Shown: in pieces, positions 54,501 to 64,000 of the stretch | How positions within the stretch are numbered: the first letter of the stretch is position 1 | Layout of the letters: each line of letters begins with the position of its first letter | Origin: a virus | Taxonomy: Duplodnaviria; Heunggongvirae; Uroviricota; Caudoviricetes | Direction: 5' to 3' (one strand) | Length of the DNA: 64,000 nt | IMG/VR virus record: IMGVR_UViG_3300013800_000001 | Location: 22,065-86,064 of that record | Notes under the pieces: generated by a model | Told to the model about the DNA's origin: nothing | Databases searched by the model: none | The model's input: the letters and a program-made list of their open reading frames with translations, nothing else | Translations under genes and position numbers: made by a program

Positions 54501-57216
54501 TGTATTGTTTTACTAATTCATGCTGGTTAAAGGCTGTATGTCCTTTACCTGTAGCAAGATTAAGACGGAAATCACTAGCTACCCATCCAAGTGGGACTAG
54601 TTCTTTTGCTCCTGTAGTAGGGTTTTTGACAACACCAAATGCCTGAAGAGCGTTTTCAGGATTAGGATCCGGTGCGTAGTTGCCAAGTTCAATGTCTTTT
54701 TGCTCTATGAGCTTGTTTTTCATGCTCCAAAGGGGAGCAGTATCTGTACGGTCAACCAATAGGATGTTTGGAGAAGCATTTCCAGCAGCACGTTGATCAA
54801 AGAAATACTTAGCATTTTCCTTGTTTATCTTCAAAGCGGCTCCAGTAAGGGCTATATCTCCATTCGGATATTTTCCTGATGCTGGTGTGCCATCATTATT
54901 GAAGGAGTTCTTCATGAATGACTCATCAATAGAGTCAACAGCCTGCTTAGCAATAGGTGGATTCATGAATCTTTCTTGTTCATTGAAGCGTCCCTGTATA
55001 TTGCTCTTGCTAAAAGATAACAAGTCATCCATATCAGCCTTATTGCGCAGCTCTTTTGATAATCCTCCCTTATAAAGCTGACGAGAAGCTACTGTAATTC
55101 TTTTTATCTCATTTAAGGCTGTCTGAAGATCCATGCCATCCCCATCAAACTCGACCTCAGTCGGATTCTTTCTCTCAGTAAAGCCTTTACCGAATTGTGT
55201 TTCTAATTCAGCATCCTTTTCTTTTAGCAGTCTACTTCGTGAACGACGAGCAGACATTGAAAGACGCTCTAGACCTTTTAGTTCAGGGACTTGAGCTGAT
55301 TCGATACCTGACTCAAGGTTACTTGAGAAGCTCTTAAAATCACCTAAAGTCTTTTGCTGAGCGAATTCTGGAGTTGTTTTACCAAAGAAGAACCTTTTCC
55401 AAACATTTTCTATAGCAGTTTCTTTAGCCTTCTGAATAAGTTCTGGTGAATGAGCAGATGCTGGTAGAGCAGCCCCTGGCTTTACAGCAGGAAGCAATTC
55501 TGGAGCATAATGGCTGAGTGAAGCATAAGATGCATTATTAACAGCCTCTTCAAAGGCCTTAATGCTTGGAGCTTCGTATTTCTTTCCACCTAGAGCTTTT
55601 ACATCATTAAAACCAGGTGCTTTATATGAACTAGCACCATGTAGAGCTCCGAAAATAACACCATTTGTAATGGCATCCAATGGATCATCTGGATTAGCTA
55701 GGTAAGTAAGTGTCAATGGCATCATTACTGCTCCAGCCGTTCCTTTTAGTGTTGATGGGAGAATACCTCCAGTTGCTCCAAGAGCGAGGTCTTTAAACAT
55801 GTTTCCGATAACACTCTCCTGGTCTGTTTCCATCTGTGTTCCACTGAGGGTACCTGGGTTGAACTTGTTAGCTACAAACTGGCTAGCTTGTCCAAAAGCT
55901 ACGTTACCTAGTCCGAACTTCCCAGCTCTTATAGCAGATTCTGGTGTAAGTAAGTTTCTAAGATAACTAGGTGCACTATTAAGAGATTTAAAGGTAGTTG
56001 CTTTTGGAGCAATATTAAGCGCTCCTTCAGCTGCTACTCCAGCTCCTTCTGTTAGTGAGGCGACTCCTTCTGCTGCTTTAAAACCATTAGCTAGAGCTTT
56101 TGTAGAAGATAGACCTTTATATGCTGTTAAAGCTCCTTTAGCCATCCCTACCCCTCTTAGAGCACTATTTACAAGACCATATCCAAGCATGAATGAGGCT
56201 GCTGTACCAGCAACTTGTCCAATCTTTCCTGTAAGCCATGCTGCTTTACCTTCATTATCGTCTTGTTCGTATGGAAGAAATCCGAGCGTTGCAGCAGAAC
56301 CAAATCCTTTGATAAATTCACGAACCGTATCAGGTAGGAACCCTTCTCCAAGATTCTTTGTAGCATTAGGAATCTCAGCCATAACATCCTTAAAACCAAC
56401 TGGCTTAGGCTTTGACCATCTATCTCTTGCTTCACGAGCAATTTCAATTCCTGATTTACCTTCCATATCAGAAACAAGCCCTATTTCATTTGGCTGTGGA
56501 ATATCTGTAAGGTCTCTGTTTTTCCACTGCATAGCCATTGCTCTAGCATCTGCAAGAGAAATATCTCCATGAGCATAAAGTGTGTATGGAATAGCCTGGG
56601 CTCTTGTCTTCTTATCGTTTTGGTCATAAGTCAAAAGCTGTCGGTTTGCAAGAGTATCAGCGCCTCCTAAAGAAAGAGGCATAATGTGATCAATCTGGTA
56701 CATGAATCCAGGACGTCCATTCTTTATAGCCTGGTCTGCTATGCTGTTGTTGCCACGTATTGTCTTTACTAGCTTCTTTGGATCAGTTAAATCTTGCACA
56801 AACTGTCCATTAGCGTCTCCTGATATGTTACGAATAACAGGCTTGTTTGGAGTTCCCCATGAAAGTTTCTCTTCTCCATTATTAATAGACATAGGTGGCA
56901 TAAACTCACCGTAATCAGATGGAATCTGGATAACATTCTTAAAACTGGTATCTTCTGGTGGTAAAAATGACTGTCCAGTCTCTACACCCATTCCATCATT
57001 CAGAAGTCTTCCATATTGTGATATTCCAGCATTTTTTGCAATTCCATATTGAGGTGTACCTGGGATAGCTGGTGCTGCTGGCGCAAACGGTGAAGCACCA
57101 CTAGATCTTAGTTGAGCTAGATTTTGGTAAGTAGTGCTTGGGGTATATCTGTAGCTACTTTTTGGCATTACAGGCCCAGTGCTCTGATATTGGTCATTGT
57201 TTGCAATGTTTGCCAT
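51583..57216 (-). CDS. Giant virion-associated protein (1877 aa) with a C-terminal lytic transglycosylase (SLT-like) domain and an N-terminal HNH-like motif
   Basis: C-terminus RESSF...AFGLFQF..TW (SLT E-S / GLxQ motifs). N-terminus QIDHIMPLSLGGADTLANRQ. Length and position next to the structural genes. Confidence 0.75.
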   Translation of the reverse strand: MANIANNDQYQSTGPVMPKSSYRYTPSTTYQNLAQLRSSGASPFAPAAPAIPGTPQYGIAKNAGISQYGRLLNDGMGVETGQSFLPPEDTSFKNVIQIPSDYGEFMPPMSINNGEEKLSWGTPNKPVIRNISGDANGQFVQDLTDPKKLVKTIRGNNSIADQAIKNGRPGFMYQIDHIMPLSLGGADTLANRQLLTYDQNDKKTRAQAIPYTLYAHGDISLADARAMAMQWKNRDLTDIPQPNEIGLVSDMEGKSGIEIAREARDRWSKPKPVGFKDVMAEIPNATKNLGEGFLPDTVREFIKGFGSAATLGFLPYEQDDNEGKAAWLTGKIGQVAGTAASFMLGYGLVNSALRGVGMAKGALTAYKGLSSTKALANGFKAAEGVASLTEGAGVAAEGALNIAPKATTFKSLNSAPSYLRNLLTPESAIRAGKFGLGNVAFGQASQFVANKFNPGTLSGTQMETDQESVIGNMFKDLALGATGGILPSTLKGTAGAVMMPLTLTYLANPDDPLDAITNGVIFGALHGASSYKAPGFNDVKALGGKKYEAPSIKAFEEAVNNASYASLSHYAPELLPAVKPGAALPASAHSPELIQKAKETAIENVWKRFFFGKTTPEFAQQKTLGDFKSFSSNLESGIESAQVPELKGLERLSMSARRSRSRLLKEKDAELETQFGKGFTERKNPTEVEFDGDGMDLQTALNEIKRITVASRQLYKGGLSKELRNKADMDDLLSFSKSNIQGRFNEQERFMNPPIAKQAVDSIDESFMKNSFNNDGTPASGKYPNGDIALTGAALKINKENAKYFFDQRAAGNASPNILLVDRTDTAPLWSMKNKLIEQKDIELGNYAPDPNPENALQAFGVVKNPTTGAKELVPLGWVASDFRLNLATGKGHTAFNQHELVKQYKETGGKKGMRPIDLHKDQLATAMKKDDISVLVANLDPRATMETLESKNPFIPLNVKDSNWEYSKNLGDRMRNQGEKSPISMHIAKVNSAMGAKQKSEAIAQMRKNVVHPASEYIPKVVVKETPKTEKIAVPQQTTRSLVKDIEDVIDTSSPETLKQGFLEKFGIVLQDSQAQAIFKQKDNLTMRDGLNILVEAVNSGEASLATKLKLQFTKTYLESGALQAQGAGNAVLDMPLVSKLKKSPVSGVEEHIMPQEAVLPVKSTSDNTLPFESPTAQKTAEISAPQAVQEKVMETITPPVVDPLTERITATAEVELPSLKKNSNTKAQRVVSSKELDEISRLTDSFIPEAVSAIENAKGGYMQDNVKSHKMAIQDVEKMVQFDLAAKGVPGNIIKDVKENVIREMEKRSSEMLGVGLKANDAPIEMPAVKSNSFYRSIEEGLKDKENLPAFYNAKTMDEVFTHMFGPKYKNNPTLAKFTSTIHPWGDDFWNNYFASEVNAAGREIKQNKNIVNARSAGDRDAEMKAYGERRQQLKDNPTEEGGGMTDSEKAALGLETPELANGMRVTPWYQEDNMIGNLTQGENLLAGVASDLPMTGAASVRDIKRLFIGAGKENPGLLQYMNKRLTENNPKAKKLSIPFSIFEKLEKEAMVADVKSALQKSKEMQAVEEAKVVLPELKAKIERLQQEIDNPDPENPAPSWQTPEMIQGNFKDILDKIKKYDAILSQSKNDGGGGPGYHDGAGGFGDWFKQKASSIGHSIGNKVSDTLSSFIKPKQTVFVNQNSPKPEVKTTELTFNKPKPKPQEPKPVQPKVENKPAPVKPVKKTGPSTLRLEPRPVPIKGYKGPRDYANIADAMEPVAKSIKPAPAAVQTTGNSDIERNKILVAQSGADYFGQNEVNALLELVNRESSFRHNVKNPNSTAFGLFQFLDSTWGGYGAQKSDDPNVQIAAGLRYIKERYGSPSMALRFHDENGWY

Positions 57217-57219
57217 ATT

Positions 57220-59991
57220 CTATCTAAATGATTGGCTGAGAATGTTAGATGCGTACATAGATCCTATATTTCTAGCAAATTGATCTGGTGTAAATGCTAC
57301 TGGATTAGCTCTATCTGATGTAGAACTAGTTGGGTAAAGAAGAGCATGAACTGCATTTGTAGGTGAGTCTGGAGTATTTCCTTCATCTTGAATATATCTT
57401 AGATACACAGCATAGATAGCTCTAGCGATTGATTCGTCTAGCGAGTTATCAGTCTTAGTCGCTACTGTCTTCAAGAACTCCTGTTCAGATGGAGCAGCTT
57501 TTGGTCCACCAAACCAGCCTCTTGGTGCCAGTGTCTGTACAGCTTCAATAATCTGAGGTGACTTGCTAGAGATATTTGAGCCTACTTGTTCAGCTAATCT
57601 ATCAGCGATTTCACTTGCTGAAGACTGTCCGAGCATTACTGTATTAGGGTTATTTGCTCCAGTTAGAGATAGGTTAGCAAACTGTCTAATAGCCTCTTCA
57701 GCTATTTTCTTCTTTCCTTCAAATGTAATTCCTGGATTTGCGTCTGTACCTGGTGTAATAGGGGCGCTTAGGTAATTTGAAACGCCAGCCGTGTATGCTT
57801 GGATGATATTAGCTGGTGAAATAGATGGGTCAAGAACAGCAAACTTTTGAATAGTATCAACCAAGTTTGTACCTGGCATTACCATGTTGTTATTATCTAC
57901 TACATGACCTTTCAACTTCTGGTATTGCTCAATATATCCACCCTGAGCTAAGGCTTTTGCATTATCTGTCACAACCTTAGTGTGAGCATCAATCATTTCT
58001 TGTTCCATAGCCTGCTTCTGCAGAGCTTTTAGAGGGGCTTGCTCTACAGCTGTATACATATCTGCCAAAGCTGCTGAGTACATCTTATACTGCTCTTCAG
58101 TAATAGCATTTTGTCCTTTGAGGTCATTTTCGTATGAGGTAAGCGCTGTCTGGTAAAGGTTTGATACATGATCAAGTCCTGTAGCGTGTTGAGTAACAGC
58201 ATCATTCAAATATCCGATGTAGGTCTGATTCTGACGTCCTCTCAATGTATATAGGTAATTCAACTGAGCATTTGCTTTAGAGGCATTTGCTGGATCTGAC
58301 ATATCAGTATTATCCATTGATTCTTCAATGAATCTATCAATTTCCTTATCTGTCTGATTCAAATACTGGTCACGTGCCTTTATATAGGCAGTAACATTTG
58401 TTGGGAGCATAGCGCCTTCTTCACGAAGTCTAGACTCTTCTTTCTGTAGATCCCCAACATCATATTTATCCCATAGACTTTTCTGATTTTCAACCATTGC
58501 TTGCGTCATTGATTTACCCTTTGTTAGAGGGTTATTTGGGTCCATTATCTGATTCATGGCAAACATTCCAGCACCCGTGTTGGCATTAACAGCTGCCTGA
58601 GCTGCTGCAGCAATGCCTGAGTATCCAGCCGGTGAACCAGATGGTGAATAATATCCAGCTACTTGACCCTGCCCGATAGTATGTCTGTTAACCTTTTCGT
58701 CTTTGCCCCAGTTACTATCAACAACTGTTATTGACCCGTCTGGGTTAATAGATTCTACAATAGCAACGTGACCATATGGGTCATTTGTAGGAATAACAGC
58801 AATAGAACCGACTGCTGGAACATTTGAATTTATCTGACTTACTTTTTGTTCGTAAGAATCTCCAAATACACCTACTCCTAGGTAATCATTAACAAAGGCT
58901 CCGCATTGTCCTCCTAAAGCTCCAATTGGAACATCTTTTAATGATTTTGCAGCTGCAAATAGGTTATTAGCCTGGTTTTGTTGCTGAAGTGCAATATCTT
59001 GTGCTGGAAGTTCTCCTCCCTGTTGCTGAGATGGATTTGATGGATCTGGGACTGATTCTGGAGTTGGTTGATTTAGGTTTATTGGAGCAGCTGGTTTTGG
59101 AGCTGGATTAGATTGGGCAACTGAAAAAGTCCCCGTAGCTCCTCCTGGATTTCCTCTTGTGATAAGACCCACACCTGAATTATTTTTTGGAAATAGCGAT
59201 TCGTATGTCGGTACGTTTTTTGTGACACTCAGACCAGGGATAATCTTGCTAGCTTGTGGCGCTGGAAGTGGCTTCAAGAGTGTAGGTGTAGTAATTTGAG
59301 CCGGTTGACGTGTCTGAGCAATAGTCATCGGCTGGTTCATAACAGGAATAAGCGGACCCTGTGGACTAACACCGGCGGCTGTATTCTGTGTCGGAAGTCC
59401 TTTAAAAAGACCCTGTATATCAACTGGCTGATAACCTGTTGGAGCAGCTGGTGTTGCTGGTTTTGGTGCAGAGCCACTCTTCATAGCATTAAGCAACGCT
59501 ACGTTCTGAGAAGCGGTCCCTGAGTAGTTAGAAATACCCTTCTGGGCGGCCAATTTTGCTCGACTGCTATAAGAACTATCTTGTCCAGTACTATTCAAGA
59601 ACTCAACAATTCCACCACTTCCTCCTGCTCCATCGTGGTATCCAGGGCCTCCTCCACCATCTGCTGGAAGTCTTTTTCCATACTTAATACGAGGGGTAGG
59701 TATTCTTTTAAATACTACTATTGGACGTGATCCTTCTGGAGTAATCTGTATAGGTTCTGATTCTCCTGACGGCATCATATTATATGACGAATCCATCATC
59801 CCTGGGCCACCAGCACCATCACTATTGGCTATATTCAGCTTATTTACAATACTAAAAATCTTCTTCGCTTTTGCACGAGAAGTACTTCCTACTGGTGAAG
59901 TTAGGGCCTCTTGTATTAACTTTGCGGTTTCTGGTCTCCGCATCATTGATTTCAGAACTTCGCCCTTAGTTGTCTGGAAAAAATCACTCAT
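57220..59991 (-). CDS. Large virion-associated protein (923 aa) with a central CHAP (cysteine/histidine amidohydrolase/peptidase) domain
   Basis: GQCGAFVNDYLG ... GHVAIVESI ... DSNWG matches the CHAP Cys/His core. Confidence 0.75.
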   Translation of the reverse strand: MSDFFQTTKGEVLKSMMRRPETAKLIQEALTSPVGSTSRAKAKKIFSIVNKLNIANSDGAGGPGMMDSSYNMMPSGESEPIQITPEGSRPIVVFKRIPTPRIKYGKRLPADGGGGPGYHDGAGGSGGIVEFLNSTGQDSSYSSRAKLAAQKGISNYSGTASQNVALLNAMKSGSAPKPATPAAPTGYQPVDIQGLFKGLPTQNTAAGVSPQGPLIPVMNQPMTIAQTRQPAQITTPTLLKPLPAPQASKIIPGLSVTKNVPTYESLFPKNNSGVGLITRGNPGGATGTFSVAQSNPAPKPAAPINLNQPTPESVPDPSNPSQQQGGELPAQDIALQQQNQANNLFAAAKSLKDVPIGALGGQCGAFVNDYLGVGVFGDSYEQKVSQINSNVPAVGSIAVIPTNDPYGHVAIVESINPDGSITVVDSNWGKDEKVNRHTIGQGQVAGYYSPSGSPAGYSGIAAAAQAAVNANTGAGMFAMNQIMDPNNPLTKGKSMTQAMVENQKSLWDKYDVGDLQKEESRLREEGAMLPTNVTAYIKARDQYLNQTDKEIDRFIEESMDNTDMSDPANASKANAQLNYLYTLRGRQNQTYIGYLNDAVTQHATGLDHVSNLYQTALTSYENDLKGQNAITEEQYKMYSAALADMYTAVEQAPLKALQKQAMEQEMIDAHTKVVTDNAKALAQGGYIEQYQKLKGHVVDNNNMVMPGTNLVDTIQKFAVLDPSISPANIIQAYTAGVSNYLSAPITPGTDANPGITFEGKKKIAEEAIRQFANLSLTGANNPNTVMLGQSSASEIADRLAEQVGSNISSKSPQIIEAVQTLAPRGWFGGPKAAPSEQEFLKTVATKTDNSLDESIARAIYAVYLRYIQDEGNTPDSPTNAVHALLYPTSSTSDRANPVAFTPDQFARNIGSMYASNILSQSFR

Positions 59992-60016
59992 AACCTCAAT
60001 ATTAACAGGGTACTAT

Positions 60017-60448
60017 CTATTTTTTATTTAAATACATCATTGGGTTCATATATCTGCCGTACGCATCAACTATTCTATAATCTAAGTGCGTTCCATCACC
60101 ATGGCCACTCTGGCTGTATGTCGCTCCAGTATTACCCATCGTTGCTATCTGTGTCCCAGTCCCAACCTGCTCCCCTGGTCTTACACCAATGTTTTGGAGG
60201 TGGTGAAACTGGTGGGTATTGCCATCAGCGTCCTTTATTTCTACAGTGTTACCGAAGTTATTCTCACCATGTGCGTGGCCATCATCTACTTTAGTAACGA
60301 CTCCATCGGTACTTGAAGGTATAGGAGTACCCATGTCATTTGCAAAGTCAACACCTTGATGATGTTGTTCCATTGAAGTAGGATCTCCATAATTAACAGT
60401 TAAGTTACCTAATTTTTTAAATACCTCTTTTGGGTTAGGCCCTCTCAT
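60017..60448 (-). CDS. Peptidase M23 family protein
   Basis: HQGVDF ... GTHLDYRIVD (HxxxD / HxH motifs). Confidence 0.75.
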   Translation of the reverse strand: MRGPNPKEVFKKLGNLTVNYGDPTSMEQHHQGVDFANDMGTPIPSSTDGVVTKVDDGHAHGENNFGNTVEIKDADGNTHQFHHLQNIGVRPGEQVGTGTQIATMGNTGATYSQSGHGDGTHLDYRIVDAYGRYMNPMMYLNKK

Positions 60449-60452
60449 ATTT

Positions 60453-61805
60453 TTATAGACTACCAGGGAGTTTTATTTTTCCTGTCTTGTAATTTAAGCT
60501 ACCACCTTTTTGCTTTGCTGCGTACTCTCTCTTTGATAGACCTCCTCGGCCACTGCTCGAAGATGATGAAGAGCCTCCACTTGATGCTCCAGTTCCGTAT
60601 TTTGCATCATATTCTCTTTGTGATAAACCACCCCTATCAACTTTTTGAGGAACTGGATTTGTGAGGCTTGATGTTGTTCCTGTAGGAATACTTCCTACAC
60701 TAGGGTCTGGTGTTATCTGATTGAATTGTGTTCCGGCAGAAGTGCCTGAATCTGCCCCAGAAGTAGGCTTAATAGCCCCTAACTTTACTAGAGCACTATA
60801 GTTAGCTGATTGAGCTTTTAGAGGTGTATTTAAAGACTGATACTGTTCTTTAGCGGCTTGAATATCTAGAACTCCAGTATCTGAAGGCTTAACTGGCATA
60901 GCAATTTCGTTACCGTATTGGTCACGGACAATATTGGCTGTATCAACATTACCCTGATTAGCACCTAAGTTATTACCAGTCATATATTTCTGGTAAAGAC
61001 TACTACGATAGTTTCCGTTCTCGTCTAGAACACTAGCAATATTCTTTTGAATATCAGCATCAGACATTGTAGGGTATTTTGCTTTTAATGCAGCAACGCT
61101 CATATTGTTTCTTATCTCATCTGAAGGCAATAATCCCCACCCTTTAGCTTTTTCTGGATCAGATGCGACAAGAGCCTTAATCTGCTCTGGAGTAGCAAAC
61201 TTCATGTAGTAATCCTGCATAGAAGCATCCTCCTTTGTTTGGCCTTCTGTCCGAATAGCCTCATCAGCTCTACGGGCTTTAGCAAGATATGAGTCTATAG
61301 CTTCATTCTGAATACCACTTCCTTCTATTCCTTGCTGATTATACTGATTTCTCATGCTTTGAACCTGGTCCCATGCCTGAAAAGCATCATCAGAAAGAGA
61401 AACATTTAGATTTGTCTCCAGGGCTTTTTTAAGGTTTTGCCAGTTATAATTTGCAGCTTCCTGTTCTTGCTGTGTACTAGCATTTACTTGCTGTTGAATA
61501 ACGTCAAAATAGGCTGTACTAAGCTTATCCATAGCCGCCTGATACTCTGGTGTCCCTGGCACTAACTGTGGTGTGAGCTGTTTAAAAGCCTCATCTGGAA
61601 GATTATAAACAGTAAGATTCTGCATACTAGCAGGAAGCATACCATTAGGGATGGCATGAGTACGGCTCTTATTATATTTTTCTAGAATAGTCTTGGCCTC
61701 ACCTGAATTGATCTTGCTACCATAGCCTTTTAAAAAGTCACTAGTAACACCTTGATCTTTCAGGTATTTGATATTTGCCTTACTTTCTTCTTTTGAGACA
61801 GCCAT
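60453..61805 (-). CDS. Virion structural protein (450 aa) with a C-terminal Gly/Ser-rich tail carrying a tandem GGLSxREYxAK repeat
   Basis: ORF track. RGGLSQREYDAKYG / RGGLSKREYAAKQKG repeat. Confidence 0.55.
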   Translation of the reverse strand: MAVSKEESKANIKYLKDQGVTSDFLKGYGSKINSGEAKTILEKYNKSRTHAIPNGMLPASMQNLTVYNLPDEAFKQLTPQLVPGTPEYQAAMDKLSTAYFDVIQQQVNASTQQEQEAANYNWQNLKKALETNLNVSLSDDAFQAWDQVQSMRNQYNQQGIEGSGIQNEAIDSYLAKARRADEAIRTEGQTKEDASMQDYYMKFATPEQIKALVASDPEKAKGWGLLPSDEIRNNMSVAALKAKYPTMSDADIQKNIASVLDENGNYRSSLYQKYMTGNNLGANQGNVDTANIVRDQYGNEIAMPVKPSDTGVLDIQAAKEQYQSLNTPLKAQSANYSALVKLGAIKPTSGADSGTSAGTQFNQITPDPSVGSIPTGTTSSLTNPVPQKVDRGGLSQREYDAKYGTGASSGGSSSSSSSGRGGLSKREYAAKQKGGSLNYKTGKIKLPGSL

Positions 61806-61810
61806 ATTTT

Positions 61811-62485
61811 TTATTGCATGAAATTCTGAGCCATATCATCTCTGACCATGGTCGGGTGGATAATATCTTCACTATCATCATCGTGGTATCTACGGGCTAT
61901 ATCTGAATATATATCTTCCATCATATAATTTCCGTATGCTAGAGAAGAGATATAAAAAGCCATCAGTTGGCTATCTTTTTTCAACTGATCTATAAAGCTA
62001 GCAGGTATACCAGTCTGGTCTGCGTTTTTTTTCATTAGAGATAGAAACCCATCAGTCACCTCAGTTGCGAGGTCTTCTGCTTTTTCATCTATAGGTTTTC
62101 CATAACGACTCTTGAGTTGGTGTGAGCTAAAACGTAAAGGCTTGCTTGTACCATCGTCATGGATTGCATATTCTGGACCTAAAATTGAAAAATCAGCTAG
62201 AATACCCTCCATAATATTTCCACTTTTATCTGTAGATGGGGTTGAAATTACCATTGCGCTCCTTAGGGCTTGTTCAAGTTCATCTCCAAATGCAGCGTCT
62301 AAAGCCATCTCAGACTCAAAAGGCCTAATTGTATGATCATTTTTATCCAAAAGCCAATAGTTTTCACTATCTCCTCCGTCAGAGAACTTTACTAAAGCAT
62401 GATCTCCCATAAAATAAGGAGAACCATCCTGAATTGGGGTGGAATTAGGCATCATTGGAGTATTTTCTAGAGAATTTTGTTCCAT
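61811..62485 (-). CDS. Hypothetical structural-module protein (224 aa)
   Basis: ORF track. Confidence 0.55.
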   Translation of the reverse strand: MEQNSLENTPMMPNSTPIQDGSPYFMGDHALVKFSDGGDSENYWLLDKNDHTIRPFESEMALDAAFGDELEQALRSAMVISTPSTDKSGNIMEGILADFSILGPEYAIHDDGTSKPLRFSSHQLKSRYGKPIDEKAEDLATEVTDGFLSLMKKNADQTGIPASFIDQLKKDSQLMAFYISSLAYGNYMMEDIYSDIARRYHDDDSEDIIHPTMVRDDMAQNFMQ

Positions 62486-62513
62486 AATTGTTTCTATAGT
62501 ATCATCGTCCTAT

Positions 62514-62897
62514 TTAGACTATCGATTTTGCAAAGTTTTCACTAATTGTTGCTGTATCAGAAACACTAATGTATTTAGTGCCAGTCATAGTAACTGATTC
62601 TGAAACGGTAACGGCATCAAACAAATCTATTCTTGTTCTCTTATCTATAGTAACTCTTTCAGTAACGTGAATAGTTTCAAAAAGAGTATTGGCAACGCCT
62701 AGAAATACTATAGCAGAACTATAAATGAGCTGCGAACCTTGATAAACAGTTAAATCACCAGAGGTTAAATCGGCATCAAAACTAAGCCTATAAGTGTTGC
62801 CTGAAACAATACCTAGACTAGTCTGATATAAGGCAGGTGGAAAAACATGTATGAAATGTTCTGTTACCGCAATTGATTCGTATACTGAAAGATTCAT
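62514..62897 (-). CDS. Hypothetical structural-module protein (127 aa)
   Basis: ORF track. Confidence 0.5.
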   Translation of the reverse strand: MNLSVYESIAVTEHFIHVFPPALYQTSLGIVSGNTYRLSFDADLTSGDLTVYQGSQLIYSSAIVFLGVANTLFETIHVTERVTIDKRTRIDLFDAVTVSESVTMTGTKYISVSDTATISENFAKSIV

Positions 62898-62902
62898 ATA
62901 TT

Positions 62903-63418
62903 TTATTCAGGAGAGTCCATATTGCCTGGTATAAAGACAATAGCAGTCTGGTTTAATCTACAAAGCTGTTTTGATGAATCACGCCATGATACTCGTATTT
63001 CTCTCGCAATAGGAGGACTTGGGTTGCCTTTTCTGTCATTAGAGTGGACTTTTAGTATAGATACGCCCTTTGTGACTGTTCCTTCTAGTTCATAGAAGTC
63101 TTCGTCATCAAGAGCTACAAAACACTTCATCAGAGAACCTCTCTGAGTACGTGTTGCTATCGCAATAGGATTTGAATAGTTCTCAAACTCTTCGCTGAGA
63201 AGCAACTGCTGGGTATCAGCTCGAAAGAATATAGGCTCTCCTTCATCGGTATTACCGGTGAGGAACTCTTTTACAGGATAATTGTCTACAGTCTCCTGAG
63301 AAGTAATTGGTTTTAAACTGACATTATCAATAGCTAAAGATGCAGAAACACCGCTTCCTTTGAAAACAAGGACGTCTCCTGAACTATCTGCTACGAAATT
63401 AATGTCTATATTTTGCAT
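62903..63418 (-). CDS. Hypothetical structural-module protein (171 aa)
   Basis: ORF track. Confidence 0.5.
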   Translation of the reverse strand: MQNIDINFVADSSGDVLVFKGSGVSASLAIDNVSLKPITSQETVDNYPVKEFLTGNTDEGEPIFFRADTQQLLLSEEFENYSNPIAIATRTQRGSLMKCFVALDDEDFYELEGTVTKGVSILKVHSNDRKGNPSPPIAREIRVSWRDSSKQLCRLNQTAIVFIPGNMDSPE

Positions 63419-63420
63419 AA

Positions 63421-63987
63421 TTATGATGTATATTCTACTTGTCCATTATCATATTCCCACCCAGTTCCAACTTCCCATGAATCTGCACTGCCTACGAAAC
63501 TCCCATTTGTAACCATTTCTGATCCAAGTACAGCATCTCTAGCTACAGAGAAAGATGTTGATGTCAGCTTTTCTGAATCGTCAGACATATATCGCTGAAA
63601 TTTGGTAGCAACTACATTTGTGTGAACATAGAAGTTTTCATCAGCAATAGAATATTCTATACATACATCAGGAAGAACCTTCCACAGAGATCCATCATTA
63701 TTATAAAGCGTTACATCACCTATAGTAGCAAAGACACTTAATCCTTTTGCACCCATAGCACATGCCTCTAATCCTGCTCTTGTTGCTCCGTTAATATATC
63801 TCTCGACTTTTCGTGACAAAAGCTCTGGAGTCTTTCCGCTAGTAGAGTACATTCCTGAGTAATGCATGAAGAAAAGCGACCCTTTTAGCTTTGTATAGCC
63901 ATTTACAGAACAACATCCTATTCCCATATCGAATCCTTCTAAAGTGAAGTCATTCCATGTCATCATGTTGTTTCTGTTGGCTATCAA
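63421..63987 (-). CDS. Hypothetical structural-module protein (188 aa)
   Basis: ORF track. Confidence 0.55.
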   Translation of the reverse strand: MIANRNNMMTWNDFTLEGFDMGIGCCSVNGYTKLKGSLFFMHYSGMYSTSGKTPELLSRKVERYINGATRAGLEACAMGAKGLSVFATIGDVTLYNNDGSLWKVLPDVCIEYSIADENFYVHTNVVATKFQRYMSDDSEKLTSTSFSVARDAVLGSEMVTNGSFVGSADSWEVGTGWEYDNGQVEYTS

Positions 63988-64000
63988 AAGGATATTTCCA

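Noticed and set aside
52439-60316. Numerous 60-140-aa ORFs on the plus strand inside the giant minus-strand virion genes
   Set aside because: They are antisense to long, domain-bearing ORFs and have low-complexity Ser/Phe/Cys-rich translations.
1-64000. Integrase, transposase or IS elements, and lysogeny repressor/integrase module
   Set aside because: No tyrosine/serine recombinase or DDE transposase motifs were recognised in any ORF. The window looks like part of a virulent phage genome. The only attachment-like signal is the tRNA stub at 33587, which is reported as a finding.

Overview
This window reads as a section of a large, AT-rich (about 38% GC) tailed-phage genome in five blocks. (1) Bases 130-5260 hold a minus-strand array of about 27 tRNA genes with a signal-peptide metallophosphoesterase gene inside it, driven by a conserved promoter at 5290-5319. 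(2) Bases 5390-8179 hold a short minus-strand operon ending in a truncated tryptophanyl-tRNA synthetase. It is followed by an unusual 0.9-kb GC- and pyrimidine-rich non-coding region (8240-9140). (3) Bases 9141-19295 hold a plus-strand block of small early-type genes that includes an XRE regulator and a MoxR-like AAA_5 ATPase plus VWA pair. (4) Bases 19558-23099 hold a minus-strand replication module (primase-polymerase/helicase, DnaC-like loader, and an initiator gene with internal iteron-like repeats). A divergent promoter hub sits at 23250-23775. (5) Bases 23804-51586 hold a long plus-strand block. It contains a free-standing sigma-70 region-4 homologue, a PD-(D/E)xK nuclease-like protein, a ParB-like / AAA / SNF2 cassette, a LemA / TPM / flotillin membrane module, RecA, SbcD, a 2H phosphoesterase, RuvC-like resolvase, SbcC and peptide deformylase. 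From 51583 to the window end, minus-strand virion genes encode giant proteins with lytic-transglycosylase and CHAP domains and an M23 peptidase. A 30-nt sigma-70-type promoter motif (TTGACA-N17-TACACT with a conserved spacer) occurs ten times. All calls come from reading the sequence and the ORF track by eye. Coordinates of tRNAs and regulatory sites are approximate to a few nt. No database search was possible.
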